Assembly (NCBI RefSeq): GCF_009834535.1
Contig: NC_045696.1
Span: forward strand, 5,954,001-6,018,000
Length of the DNA stretch: 64,000 nt
Direction of reading: 5' to 3'
Origin: Camelus ferus
Lineage: Eukaryota
The position numbers and the translations under genes are program-made. Under the pieces are notes generated by a model, which worked only from the letters and a program-made list of their open reading frames with translations, had not been told where the DNA came from and searched no databases. How positions within the stretch are numbered: the first letter of the stretch is position 1; every line of letters starts with the position of its first letter. Shown piece after piece: positions 47,831 to 60,459 of the stretch.

Positions 47831-50237
47831 GGCTGGTCTCACTAATGCATGGAGAAAAACAGAATGGGTGGGAAGGATGGCCTGTGTCCTGGCTTTGCCT
47901 TCTTTGTTGAGAGCACAATAAGCTGTAAGTGGTGTGTGGGTGATGGCTCGGCATGTTTAAGGAGGATGGAAGGACCAGCAGAGAAGGTGTGTGCCTCTGT
48001 CAGCCGTGTGTAAGGGGGACAGGAGGCCAGCCTCCTTGGCTGTTGAGTCAGTTCCTCCACTGGTCCCCTGGGTGGCTCAGAGCTCTGCGTGAGAACAGAG
48101 TGCCCTCAGGGGGCACATGGCATCTTGGGCCTCCCCTCTCCTCCCCCACGAGGCTCTGAGCGCTGACCCTGCCCACTTCTGCAAACTCAGCTCCCTGCAC
48201 ATCCCGCCCTCCTCCCGCTACAGCCACACTCTGGGCTGCTCCTTAAACACCCCAGACCCTTCCTGTCCCAGGGCCTTCGCCCTTGATGCTTCACTTGCAC
48301 ACAGTTTACCTCCCGTGGTTTTGCTTTCCTGGCTCCTGCCCATCGCTGAAGTCTCAGCGTGGCTGTGGCTTGACCACCTGTCTAAAACCACCCCCAGTCC
48401 TCTCAGCACATCGCTTTGCTTTCTTTCTTCACAGCACTGTCATATCTGCAGATGGAGATATGGAAGCCCTGGCTGGAAGCTTCGCCAGGGGCTGCCCCCA
48501 CCTGCCTCCTCTCATCTGTTTCTTCACAGTCAAAAGAGTTTCTGAAAGTCCAGAACAAGCTTCTGCTGGCTGCACTCCATCCCAGAGCAAGGGACCTCCC
48601 TCCGCCCCCCATCCCCTCATTCAGAGCACCAGGGGGGTCTTTTCCCACATGCTCTGGGGTCTGTGTTGGGTTTACTTATTTCAGAGCAAGGCTCCACCGC
48701 ACTTGCCTTCCATGACCACAAAATGCCTATGTTGTTGGGAGGGGCTCTCCCGTGGCTTATTCCAGGGCCTCTCAGGAGAAATCGCATCCTTCTCTCTGCC
48801 GGGAATTTAAAGGGGGGCAGGAAAGAAAGAGCAGGGGAAAGGCCAACAGAGCAGAGTTGGAGACAACTGTGCCTAAGCCACTTTCCCGCCCTGCTGAGAG
48901 CGCGTGGTCATGGCTGGGGCAATGTGGCGCCCGGCCTGGCATCTCAAGAGGCAGCAGCCAAGACCCAGCCAAGCCCCTCACCTTTGCGCTGTATTCACGC
49001 TGTACTGTACGGCAGCTCCTCCAGCCCTGGCCGGAAAGGGACTCTCCTAATTAGGTGTCCTGGAAACTGGTGGTAATTGAGTTCTTATCCATCCTTCCCA
49101 CTCCCTGGGCCCCTAGGGTCCATCCACTGCAGCGATCTAGAAGCATGAAGGGGACGGGGTAAAGCCAACCAGCGAATGTGTTGACATCACTCCAAATTAG
49201 CCCCAATTAAGAAACAGAACAGCCTGCATGTGAAAACCACGTGGCAGACTTTTTACTTGGAAAGTTTATCTGACGATTCCGTCTCTGATCCAACAGTCAG
49301 CCCCCCTGCCAGCCCTTACTGCTTCAAAATCCCCGCAGGTGCGCCGGAAAGAAAGGCAGCTATTTAAGTGCAATGAATCAGATGTTCAGAGCAAACCTAG
49401 CCAAAAAAAGATGATAATTTACTTAACAGGGGTTACTTTTGGAATGTTATGACCGGTCACTCACCCAGCTGCCTATGTCCTTTAACGTGTAATTCTGAAA
49501 CGTGCGGCGTGCCTTCAGGAGAAAGCGTGAAAATGCCTAGGATGTGGGTGTCCATGATCTCTGTGGTCTTGCCAGAGACGCTTTCAAAAATGAAGTTCTC
49601 AAAAGACCTTTATTCTAGCGGCAAGAATGAAGCTCTTTATTTTTTCTTTAAACCTCAAACAACAGAATACTTCTTTTGAGGTTTGTGGTTAGCCCAGTTT
49701 GTTATCCTTAATGGGCACACAGGACGTCTGTTATTATGAGCAATATTACTTGGTGGGACTTTATCAAAAGTTATCTCACACACAAAGTGCTTAAACGCCT
49801 GGGCCGGCTGCACAGGAGGAAACGGAACATAGCACAAGCGATCTGTAGAGGAGGGTTCGTTTTATGGCCGTGTTGGATAGCCGTGAGCCTTTGAACACTC
49901 CGTTGCTGGCTGTAACACGAGAACAAAGGGTTTGAGCCTTCACTTCTGTAATGACTACAGTGACTTAGACCAAATCTCAGGAGCCATCAGATCTCTGCAG
50001 TGGAGGCTTCTCCCAGGAAGGCTGGCCACACCTGCCCCTGCCCAGACCATCCATCGCACAGCCAACCTCTCCCTCCGCTGGAGCCAGGAGAGGAAGGACT
50101 GAGGGCCGTCATGCGTTAAGAGCCAGGAAGGCGGCTATTTCTGGAACAGCAGGGTTGGTAAGATTAGAAATAAGCAGGAGGAAGCTTCAGGCAAGAGTAT
50201 TGCTCAACGTCTGCAGAGAAAAGGGAACTTGCTGTGT

Positions 50238-50625
50238 GTGCGGTAAAATCCTCATAACAAAATGTACCATTTTAACCATTTTTAAGTGTCCAGTTCAGTC
50301 ACATTAAGTACATTCACATTGTCATACAATCGTGATGACATCCATCTCCAGGACTTTTTCCTCTTCCCCAACTCCAACTGCCTACCCCTTAAACACTCAA
50401 TCCCCGTGTCCCCTCCCCATAGCCCCTGGAAATTGCCCTTCTGCTTTCTGTCTCTATGAATTTGACTACTCCAGGGACCTCAAATTAGCGGAATTATACA
50501 GGATTTCATTTACATCATGTCTTCAAGTTTCACCCATGTCATAGCATGTGTCAGAATTTCACTCCTTTTTAAGACTGAATAAATATTCCATTGTATACAC
50601 CACATTTTGCTTATTAATTCACCTG
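50238..50625 (-). mobile_element. Old L1M (L1MB-like) 3' end
   Basis: gtgcggtaaaat...taccattttaaccatttttaagtgtccagttcagt.acattaagtacattcacattg...ttctgctttctgtctctatgaatttgactactc...tttttaagactgaat.aatattccattgtat. Confidence 0.85.
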
Positions 50626-52109
50626 TCAATCTGGTGAAAACAGAACTTTTCATCAAAAAAAAAAAAAAAAAAAGAAAGAAAGAAAAGAAAACTTTTCTTA
50701 AAGCTTGCACACGGACCTGACATTCTAAAGGGCATTATGCAACTTAACTGAATATATTGCCCAATCTCTTTAATCCAATGGAAAAAAATAAACCATGAAG
50801 ACATAAGTAAGTGGGCAAATAGCACGGATTTAGGTACCAGCAAATATGTAAACAGGGATATCATTTTTCTCCTCATTTTTTTTTTTGTTCTAGAAGAATA
50901 TTCAGGGTACAGAGTCTCTGTTTCAAAAATAGAATTTATGAGTCTAATCATATTAACTCAACAGGGAACACAGATGCCAAACAGCCTCTGTGAGTCATTC
51001 CTTGGATTCTAAAAGGAATGCGTTTCAGACAGGAGTTTTCTCTTCTTTGAGGTTTGTTTTAAGAAGCTCCAAAAGCAAACAGCAAAATAACAAAATGCCT
51101 GGAGCCCCAGATCTCAAAGCAGCTCTTTGAAATAACAGCCCCGATGCCAGAAACTAGGGGCTGCCTCCGGCCGAAGGGACTCGGTTCCTTACAGGGTTCA
51201 GGCTCGCCAGCCCTCTTCCCTGTCTTGGGGATGGTGCTGTCTCCCTTTGATTTAAGAAAGCGTGGTGCTGGGCGGGGGGAACGGCTGGTGGAGAAGGGGA
51301 TTAGGAGAGAGGACTGGGAAGGAGCTGGGGGTTTGAAAAGCCATCACCTTTTTTGAAAATAGATCCCCTCTGGGAGCACCAAGTTGATTTACTGATTTTT
51401 CTGTTTCTAGTTTGCAGCCAAAGACTGAGCGAGCTTAAATGCAGGGCTTCAGTGTGTTGCCGTGCAATTACCTCATGTATGCCGCCGTGTGAGCCAGTGT
51501 CAGCTGCCAGGCTGGGGTCTGACATCCTGGTCTCCGAGGCACCCGCCCCTTTTCCTTCCCCAGTGCGTTTGCAGGGGCTCCTTCTCCCATCAGGACCTCT
51601 GGGTGCCATCTTGGGTTGTTGTCTTGTGTTTAAGCCATCGCTGGACTGTCTTATAGGTGCGCCCTTACCCAGCCCCTAGGCCTAGGGGATCAAACTTCTC
51701 TGTCAAAAATAAACAAACCTGTCTCTACACCAGTGCAAACAACCCAGTAAATCAGGGTGGATGCGCACCAGGTCGTCCAGAACCTGCAAACCACAGAGCA
51801 AGTGTGCTTTGGTGACTTCCACTTTCCAGATCTGTGTGGGCCCTGTGTGTGCTGACAGTAACGCCTTCTTTGTCCATGATCTTTGCCTTTATTAGTGAGC
51901 AAGTAAAGTAGGGAAATCCTGGGTTCACGAATGACAAGTGCGCATGTTTACTGGAGGAATTAGCAGAAATTTAATGTGCTTTGGGACTCTTCAGGAGACC
52001 CCTAAGAGATAACACATTTTCTAAATTATTTAATCATCAAACCCTATTACCAAGGGACACCTCCCTGGAACAGTGTCTTCAGAAAGCACTTAAGAAAACC
52101 CCAATTTAG

Positions 52110-52245
52110 GGGGGAGGGTAGAACTCACTGGCAGAGTATGTACTTAGCATGCATGAGGTCCTGGGTAGCCCTTTAACACCGCCATTAAAAATAAACAAAT
52201 AAATAAGTAAACCTAATAACCTTCCCCTAAAAAAAAAATAATAAT
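52110..52245 (+). mobile_element. Camelid tRNA-derived SINE with a 17-bp TSD (1 mismatch)
   Basis: gggggagggtagaactcactggcagag...cttagcatgcatgaggtcctgggt...aaacctaataacc; TSD agaaaa(c/a)cccaatttag at 52093-52109 and 52246-52262. Confidence 0.92.
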
Positions 52246-52751
52246 AGAAAAACCCAATTTAGATACCTGTTAAATTCAGTCATTTAACACTGTGTCCAAC
52301 ACATAGTAGGTCACTGACAAAGCCTCAGTAGTGCTTCAGGGACCATATGTTAAAGGCACCAGTAATCTTAGACTCTCTTTCCCAACCCACTACCAGTGTC
52401 CCTCCCCCCCCCCCCCTTTTGGAATGCCAGCTTAGTCTTGATTTTTTGGTACAGGGAAAGGAAAAGAGAGGGAAAGGGGGAACATTGTGGGATGTTCAGT
52501 GGAAAGGTTTGGGAACCACTGCTTGCACAAAAAAGGCAGGGGGAGAGCAATGAGGATGTCCTGGGAGAGAGGGACAGCCTTTGGGCAGGAGAGAGAGCGT
52601 CTCAAAGAGTCTGAATATTAGATAAAGAGAGAAAAATGGAGAAGGAAGGTAGGAAGGGCTGTCACTGTGTGTTGAGACGGAATCTTTCTTTGGCCTTTCC
52701 AGAGACTTCGTTTGCTCTTTGCTTTATTCTTTGCCTACTGGGTTGTTTGGG

Positions 52752-53580
52752 GTTTTTGTTGTTGTTGTTTTGTTTTGTTTTTTGTTTTTTTATTGAACTA
52801 TAGTCAGTTACAGTGTGTCAATTTCTGGTGTACAGCACCATGTCCCAGTCATGCATATACATACATATACCCATTTTCATACACTTTTTCATTAAAGGTT
52901 ATTACAAGATATTGAATATAGTCTCCTGTGTTATACAGAAGAAATTTGTTTTCATCTATTTTTATATATAGTGGTTAACATCTACAAATCTCAAACACCC
53001 AAATTTATCCCTTCTCACCCCCTTTCCCCTGATGACCACTGGATTGTTTATTATGTCTGTGAGTCTGTTTCTGTTTTGTAGATGAATTCATTAGTGTCCT
53101 CTTTTTTTTTTTTTTTTTTTTTTAGGATTCCACATATTAAGTGATACATGGTATTTCTCTTTCTCTTTCTGGCTGACTTCACTTAGAATGACGATCTCCA
53201 GGTCCATCCATGTTGCTGCAAATGGCATTATTTTATTCTTCTTTATGGCTGAGTAGTATTCTGTTATATATATATATATACCACAACTTCTTTATCCAGT
53301 CATCTCTTGATGGGCATATAAGTTGCTTCCATGTCTTGGCTATTGTATATAGTGCTGCTATGAATATTGGGGTGCATGTATCTTTTTGAATTAGAGTTCC
53401 TCCAGATATATGCCCAGGAGTGGGACTGCTGGGTCATAGGGTAAGTATTTTTAGTTCTGAGGAAACTTCATACTGTTTTCCATAATGACTGCACCAAACT
53501 ACCTTCCCACCAGCAGTGTAGGGGGGTTCCCTTTTCTCCACACCCTCTCCAGCATTTATTGTTTGTCTGGACTTTTTAAT
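52752..53580 (-). mobile_element. Camelid/artiodactyl L1 3' end (ORF2 C-terminus + 3'UTR)
   Basis: T-rich tail then tattgaactatagtcagttaca...ttctctttctggctgacttcacttagaatgac...ccatgttgctgcaaatggcatt...catactgttttccat..tgactgcaccaa...ccctctccagcatttatt. Confidence 0.92.
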
Positions 53581-55166
53581 CAGACACCATACTATGGCTG
53601 GCTTTGGGGTACCAGCAAATCAACCCAACTTACTGCAGGTTGCACTGTTAACAATAAAGTTTATTATTATTCTTATCATTGTCCACCCACAGGTGGATCT
53701 TCTTGCTTGCTCTCCCCGGGAGACAATATTGGAGTTGGAACCATGGATCGAGTGCTGGTCACCTTGATCGAGTCAAATGCCACCTAAAGACCCAGAATCT
53801 CTAGTGAAGAACTGGACAAGAAAAGCCAAAACCGACCATCCAAGGGATCCCCTTTTCCAGGGTCTTGGACAGCAAGGTGAGTGTTTGCTTCTAGCAGGTA
53901 AAACTGATGCGTCTCCTGTGGCCTCAGCCCAGGTATCAAGATGCAGGAACACCTCCAGAGGGGTGAGGGCAGACCCCAGCCCACGTGGTGCTATCCGCCT
54001 TCCCCGCCAAAGACAAAGAATGTGCAGACAGGTGTTTGGGCCGTGGTTAGATTCCAGTGGTGAGTCTACATCCCGGGGGTTCTGCCCAACTTTGTGAAAT
54101 CAAATCTACATTTTGTTCCCTGTTCATAGTTTCCGCCCAAAGCATCTCTGCAGGTGACCTCAAGGCATGCTTTGAGATCAATCTCCAAAACACAAAAGCA
54201 TTCTTTTTGCACCTTTTTTCTTCAAGGGAATTACACATCAAGATCTGATAAGCGTCGTTGATGATTAAACATAATGAGCTGGCCACCGGGAGAGCTTTGA
54301 TTTGCTTTGACAAAGGCTCTTTGAGCTAGGTTGAAAACCAGAAGCTGTTTTTTTATTGTTGTTTTTGTTTGTCTCGGCCTTTTCTGTTGGAGACCTTGAT
54401 TTGCGTCTTGAAAAGATGGAGCTTTGCTGGAAGGTTCTGTAGGTTGAGGCATCTGTCCCTGGTGCAGATGCCTATGGGGTCCACTAACCACCCCAAGGTG
54501 ATGGTGCAGGCCAAGGACAATTTAGGAAATGATTTGTATATTATGCATCTTTCAGTGTTTTAATTTCTTATTTTAAAGATTAGAAGAGGTTTAAAAAATA
54601 GAGGGGGTGCAGGAGGAAGAGAGTCACAGAGAAGTGATGTCATGACTGCATTAATCCTGGAGCAACCAGTTTAGTGTTGACATTTTATGTGAATAAAGAC
54701 AGATTTTTCTTTCATTATTTATCCATTTGTTCATTTCTGTCGCAATGTTCTCTGGTGGTGAGGAGGCCAAATGGCAGCTCACGGGCTCACACGGGAGCTT
54801 TTTGGGATGAACTGTCACGGGCCCCCCAGCCAGAGAGGCTGACAGCAGCACAGTGCGGGTGGGGGGCAAAGGGCTCTTCAAACACAAATCATCGCTTTCT
54901 TTCCTAAGTAAGACACGGCTGGGGGACAAAAATCAACCAGCATAGAAAAGATTCTTTTAGAAGACGAGCGTTCCCTGCCCTACTCTCTCCATCGTGGTCT
55001 AGAGCCATAGAAATAACCATCTTAAATGACAGTGTCAACTAATTTTGTTTCTAGTCTTTATGGTCATCACTGGCAGGTTGTGAAGTAAAATCTGTACACC
55101 GCTCACCAAGACCCATTTTTGGCAATGTCTGTAGACTTCTTGTCATGGGAGATAAATATGTCCTTC

Positions 55167-55761
55167 TGTTGGGGGAAGAATAGGTTCTTGCCTCACCCAG
55201 GAAAGAGTTCAAGAGCAAGGCGTGGTAAAGTGAAAGTAAGGTTATTTAGAGAGATACACACTCCATGGCCAGAGCCAGGTCTGTGTAATTCAGAAGGGAG
55301 GATGGCTTAGGAGACGCACCCTCCATCGGCAGAATGTGGGCCATCTCAGAAAGCTGAGAGGGAGAGAAGCCGAGAGGTGCGGGGCGCTTAGAGTAAAAGC
55401 AGATACACCCTCCATAGACAGAGTGCGGGCCGTCTCAGAAGGTGAGCGTGACAGAGTGACAGTGACCACGGGGCACAGGGTTGTCAGGTTTTATGGGCTG
55501 GGCAATTTCACATGCTGACGTGCAGGAGGATCACTCCAGCCACCTTGAGGAAGGGGTGAGGATTTCCAGGAAGCGCCCCCCCAACCCACTTTTTGACCTT
55601 TTCTGGTCAGCCTGGGGACTGTCCTGGCGCCCGTGGGTGTGCCGTGAGGCTCAAGGTCCTCTGGAAGCCAGACCTTGTGCCATCTTGGTTCTAACCGCTG
55701 TGTCCTGCCCTCTATGGCTGTGTCAGTCCTTCAGTGCTTGTGCCCTGCCCCTTTCCTCCCA
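55167..55761 (-). mobile_element. ERV1-class solo LTR with a 4-bp TSD
   Basis: TG (55167)...CA (55760-55761) termini, TSD cttc at 55163-55166 and 55762-55765; gaaagagttcaagagcaag...gtaaagtgaaagtaag.ttatttagagag (reverse poly(A) signal region). Confidence 0.8.
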
Positions 55762-56894
55762 CTTCCCTTCTCCTCTTCTTCCCTCCCGCCAATATAATTA
55801 TTACACAATTTGGGTTTCTCAACTGATTGACTTTGTAAGTTAAAATAATGGACTTGTTGCCTCTTCAACAGTGTCTCTTTGGCCCTCACTTTGAAAGATA
55901 AAGATATTAGTGTCCTGACCTTCCTCCCCTCCCACTCCTCGCCTCCCCCTGCCTCCCCCTGCCCCCACCGCCTCCCACCCCTCCCCCACCCCAGGTACCA
56001 AGCTGGCTTCGAAACCCACATCAGTGCTCACTTGCTCCCTCTTTAGAAGTCAGTGTCCCCCCCCCCCCCCCCGCCGCCGAAGAAGTTAACACACACCACT
56101 ATTTCTACTTCTCTTCAGAATTTCCTGGCTTAGAGCATTTGGAAAGGCTTAGAATATACCGTTTCAGCAGACGGCTGTGATGCAAGTCGTCTGAAAGAGG
56201 CACTGTAAATCCCAGCGAGCAGGTGACACGGGAAGCTAAAACAGCGTGACCGGTTTGCGGCCAACCTCTGGTAAAGCAGAACATACAGTGTTCAAAGATA
56301 CCATTAGTTGCCGAGAAGGCCTTCATTCCACAGATATTTACGGGGCTAGTTCTGACGGTGTATAATGCATTTCCTTTTTTATTGTGTGCTTTATTTATTT
56401 ATTTTCCCAAACTTTTCAGGTCTTTTACATATTTCTAATTCTAGGAGTATTTACTGAGTGTACTGTTCAAGACAAAGAAAGCCTCCATAAATGGGTGCCA
56501 CAGGCCACGGCCTGTGTTGTGGGAGGTGCCCTCAGACGCCTCTGGTGATGGAGCACAAAGCGGGGAAAGCCTTTTTTTTTTTTTTTTTAAGAAGTTGCGT
56601 CTTTTATTTAGCCTCTTATGGGAAAGCCTCTTACTTCTTTCTGATTCACATGTGGATCCACAGGAGAGGATGCCACTGGGGCCGCTCCCTTTTAAGGAGT
56701 CTTGTTTGTGTGGTTAACATGACCTCATCTCCCCCCACTCTTCTCCCTTTGCTTTCCTCTTCCTTCCTGCCCCCTCTTTTTTCTTTGATTGATCCCAGTT
56801 TCTAACTAAAAGAGCTGGAAAACAAAACGACAAATTTCAGTACCCTTACAGGCGTTCCCTTGGTCAGCCCCAGGAAATAAAAGAATGGAATCAT

Positions 56895-57680
56895 CACGGT
56901 ATCTCATTATTCTGATTTGCATGTCTCTGGTGTGATAGGAGATGCTGCAGTTTCCTGTGCTTCCTTGCTCTCTGTATCTCTTCTTTGGTGACGTGTCTGT
57001 GAAGGTCTTTGGCTCATGATTCCATGGGGAGGTTGGCTTTCTTACTGTTGAGGTTTTGAGTACGTGTGTATTTTGGATAACGGTCTTTATCAGATGTGTC
57101 TTGGCGTGTCTCCTCCCAGTCTGTGGCTTGTCTTCTCTTTATTTTGACATCATCTTTCACATAACGGAAGTCTTTAACTTCAGTGAAATCCAGTTTCTTG
57201 ATGATTCCTTTTGGCAATCGTGCCTTTGGCGTTGCATCTAAAAAGTCATCGCTGTATCCAAGATCATCAAGATTTTCTCTGACGTTTTCTTCCAGGGGTT
57301 TCACAGTTCTGTGTTTCACATTTAGGCCTACCATCTATTCTGAAGTAATTTTTGTGAACGGTGTGAGGTCTACGTCTAGATTCCTCTGCGTGTGGAGGTC
57401 CGGTTGTTCCCCAGCATTTGTTGAAAGAACTGTCTCTGTCCCATTGTGTTTTCTTTGTTCCTTTTGTCAATGATTAGTTGACTATATTATGTGGGTCTAT
57501 TTCCGGGCTCTGTGTTCTGTTCTATTGATCTGCTTGTTTTTTCTTTCTCTGATGCCACATTGCCTCGATGCCTGCAGCTTTACAGTAAGTCTTGAAGTCA
57601 GGTAGCATCCATCCTCCAACTCTTCCTGCAATGTTGGGCCTTTTTCCTCTCCATATACACTTTAGAACCAATCTGTCATC
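56895..57680 (-). mobile_element. Old L1M ORF2 3' region, frameshifted
   Basis: Minus-strand peptide relics TKKTQWDRDSSFNKCWG, LNVKHRTVKPLEENVRENLDDLGYSDDFLD, RRQATDWE. Confidence 0.88.
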
Positions 57681-57764
57681 ATTTGATTTTTCTAAGGGGC
57701 ATAAAAGTTATTATGGAAAAAAAAAAACCCAAGGGCAGAGAAGTACCTACTCTAAGCCAGAATT

Positions 57765-57905
57765 TTGCAGGCAACCTCTCATTTAATCTTTACAACAGCC
57801 TACCAGGGAGGCACTCTTACCATCATTTGTTTAAAGATGAGGAAGCCAAATCTGGACGGGGTTAATTAGTGGGTAAATGGCAGAGGTAGCATTTGAACTC
57901 TTGAT
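57765..57905 (-). mobile_element. MIR SINE
   Basis: tctcatttaatctttacaacagcct...aaagatgaggaagc...gtaaatggcagagg..gcatttgaact. Confidence 0.7.
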
Positions 57906-58231
57906 ACGATAACCAGCTGCCACTGATTCCGGCCATCCAACACACACCTTCACACAAGAACATGAGAAACTGACCTGGTTGTGCAGATAATGCGTGCACA
58001 CTGCACCCATCAAGAGTGCATCTAGGCCCATCCAAGACAGAATTTCAAGTCACTTTGACAAAAATACAACGCACCTGGTAAACTGTGTCCTGGGAGGGGC
58101 ACCTGGAGCTCCTGGGCATTTAGAGAATTGGGTTAGTTAATAATCCCAGTTAACGAAAAATGAAGACAGGTATGATTCCCAGTGAAGGGCTCCGAATACA
58201 GTCCTGCGTAATTCTCATTCTCTTTTCTGAA

Positions 58232-58342
58232 ATTCTTTTTGGTTTTAATTCTTTTTAATGGAGACACTGGGGCTTGAACCCAGGACCTCGCGCATGCTAA
58301 GCCAGCACTCTTACCACTGAGCTCTACTCCACCCACTCCCCC
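58232..58342 (-). mobile_element. Camelid tRNA-derived SINE
   Basis: tttttaatggagacactggggcttgaacccaggacctcgcgcatgctaagc...taccactgagctcta. Confidence 0.9.
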
Positions 58343-59612
58343 AAAGCTGTTCTGTAGGCTGTGTCTCGCTGCTTCTGTTGCTATGTCTCATTTTGGCTTC
58401 AGATTTCTTGATCTTCTCCTAATAGCTTTTAAAAAAAGAGGTGAGTGTATTTTTCTGTGCTTCACTTAATGTGCTCAAATGATCGCTAGGACAAGCAGCT
58501 AGCCCAAGCGATGAATAAAGGAGCCAGTCTTGTTTGTGTTGCCCTTGGCTTCAAGTTGGATGGTTCCTGTTTTAAACTTCTTTTTAGCTGCGTGGAGCTG
58601 AGAGTGACGGGGTCCCAGGAAGCTGCCTCCACCCAGTCATGTTCTTCTCCACGGGGAGACAATGAACTTGGCATGTCTTTCCAGTTCTAAGGACCAGGCC
58701 TCCCTGAGAGAGGAAGGGTGCCGGCTTCTAAATAGGGGTTTGAGCTGGGGAAGAGAGCTGCTTGGCATTCGCTTTCCAGAAAAAAAAGTAATAAACCACC
58801 TGGGAATACAGGTCTCTGAAGTCCTTTCACTCGAGAAAAATTGCCTTTCCCATCCCACCGGCATCACAGGCCTCTCCCCACTGGTGAGCTCACGCCGAGC
58901 GTGAGCTGGTTCTCGGACATGGAAAGGTTCCTCAGCGCGAGGCCCGGGAGGCCCCGGCCTGGGAGTGAGGGCTGTGGACACATCATCATGAATCACTCCC
59001 ATAAGTGACAAGTGGCTGAACTAACTCCAAGGCCTCGGGGAGCCCTGGCTTTGCCAGCACCGGGAGAAGTGAGCAGAGGTGGCCGCCACCCGGGCCCGGC
59101 GGACACTGGCAGTGGGGTCCCCGTCCTCCCGCTGCCTGCGGCTGGCCGGGCTCCCTGCACCTGGCTCCCCGGGTGACGATGGGTGAGAGGCCAACAGACC
59201 GTGCCCGGTGAGGGTGGGCTGTCTCCAGAAGTGACCTCACATCATAGCCACCTTTCTTCACCCTTCCTTACTGGCCTGCTGACCTCCTCTGCCCCCATCT
59301 CGAGAGAGAGCCCGGGCTGCTGGCCTGTCATGGGCTTGTCACCAATGTCACTGGGTGGGGCAGGGTGGGGGCTTCAGGAGTGAATGTTTGTGATGTTTTT
59401 TGAAGACCCCAAGTGCCAGAGAAGCTGGTTCTCATTGTGCTGAGAATGACAGGCCCTCCTGTGCGGGTCCTGGTGGAGAGTGCAGGTCTTTGTGTTTTCC
59501 CTCCTTTTCTTTTCTGGGAGGCTGGGTAGGGCTGCAAATGGATAGCTCCTCTCCTTCCTGATGGATACATCAGGGTGGGGCCAAGAGACAGACAGAGAGG
59601 GAGGGAGAGAGG

Positions 59613-59805
59613 GGTGTGTGTATGCAGTGTGATTTGCGTATCTCTGCATAAGTGTGGTGTGCGTATTGTGTGGGTGTAGTATCTCCAGTGTGTGTGGTGT
59701 GTGTATCTGTGTGATGCGTGTGTGGTGTGTGTGTACCTGAGTGTGGTGGGTGTGGTGTGTGTTCCTGTGTGTGTATCTGTGTATAGTGTGTGTGTGTGTG
59801 TGTGC
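59613..59805. repeat. Degenerate (TG)n low-complexity tract ending in a pure (TG)n run
   Basis: Directly visible; source of the His/Thr-rich ORFs 59328..59828 and 59374..59985. Confidence 0.9.
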
Positions 59806-60440
59806 AGTGCGCGCCCCCTCCCTGGCACCTAGGTGTCCCCGGGGTGACGGTGCGGGGAGGACCGGGCGGCGGGCAGGGTTAGGGCCATCCCGCCGCAGGT
59901 GATCTGCACGCAGCCTTGAACTTTTGTTCCGGGAACGCCGCCCCCGCGCCGGGCCGGCTGCCAGCACCGTGCAGCCCACGCCCATCAGTCAGGCCAACAT
60001 GAAAGGAATTAGCTTCCAACTGACAGGGATTTTTCATTTTTTTGAAAACAACGCCCAAGCGCTGCTCCCCGTGGTCTCGTCCTGATTGCTGCAGACCTCG
60101 TTGGGGCCCCCCCTCCCACCCCAGGAACGGGCCCATCAGTGCTGCCCGCCGCCCTGTCCTCGTCCTCGTCCTCGCCCTCCTCCTCCGGCCACCCGATCTG
60201 CACCGGTGGGTCGCTGCTGTCACTCCCCACAGAGGCAGCGGGTGGCCGCACCCGGAATTCTTCTCAGTGAAGCCTTGGCCTCTGATACCTCTTCTGGCCT
60301 TTTATGATATTTTAGCAAAGCAATTAACACATTACCTTTTGGAATAGGTAGAGAAAGCCAAGCCACGGGCCGACACGATGAGATGCGTTCATAACGGAAA
60401 GAGCTTTTTAAATCGCAGTCTGGCGCAGGCCGCAGAAGGT
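59806..60440. promoter_or_regulatory. CpG-rich, GC-rich segment (possible CpG island / promoter or enhancer)
   Basis: Visibly elevated CpG (gcgcgcc, ccgggcggcggg, cgccgcccccgcgccgggccgg) with GC-box-like motifs; CpG o/e not computed. Confidence 0.45.
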
Positions 60441-60459
60441 GCTCGTACCAGGCTTCCAA

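Noticed and set aside
48117..49076. Cluster of 140-175-aa overlapping ORFs
   Set aside because: Overlaps degenerate L2-like pyrimidine-rich sequence; no homology recognised and several lack ATG starts
59328..59985. His/Thr-rich 166- and 203-aa ORFs
   Set aside because: Translation of the (CA)n strand of the TG low-complexity tract
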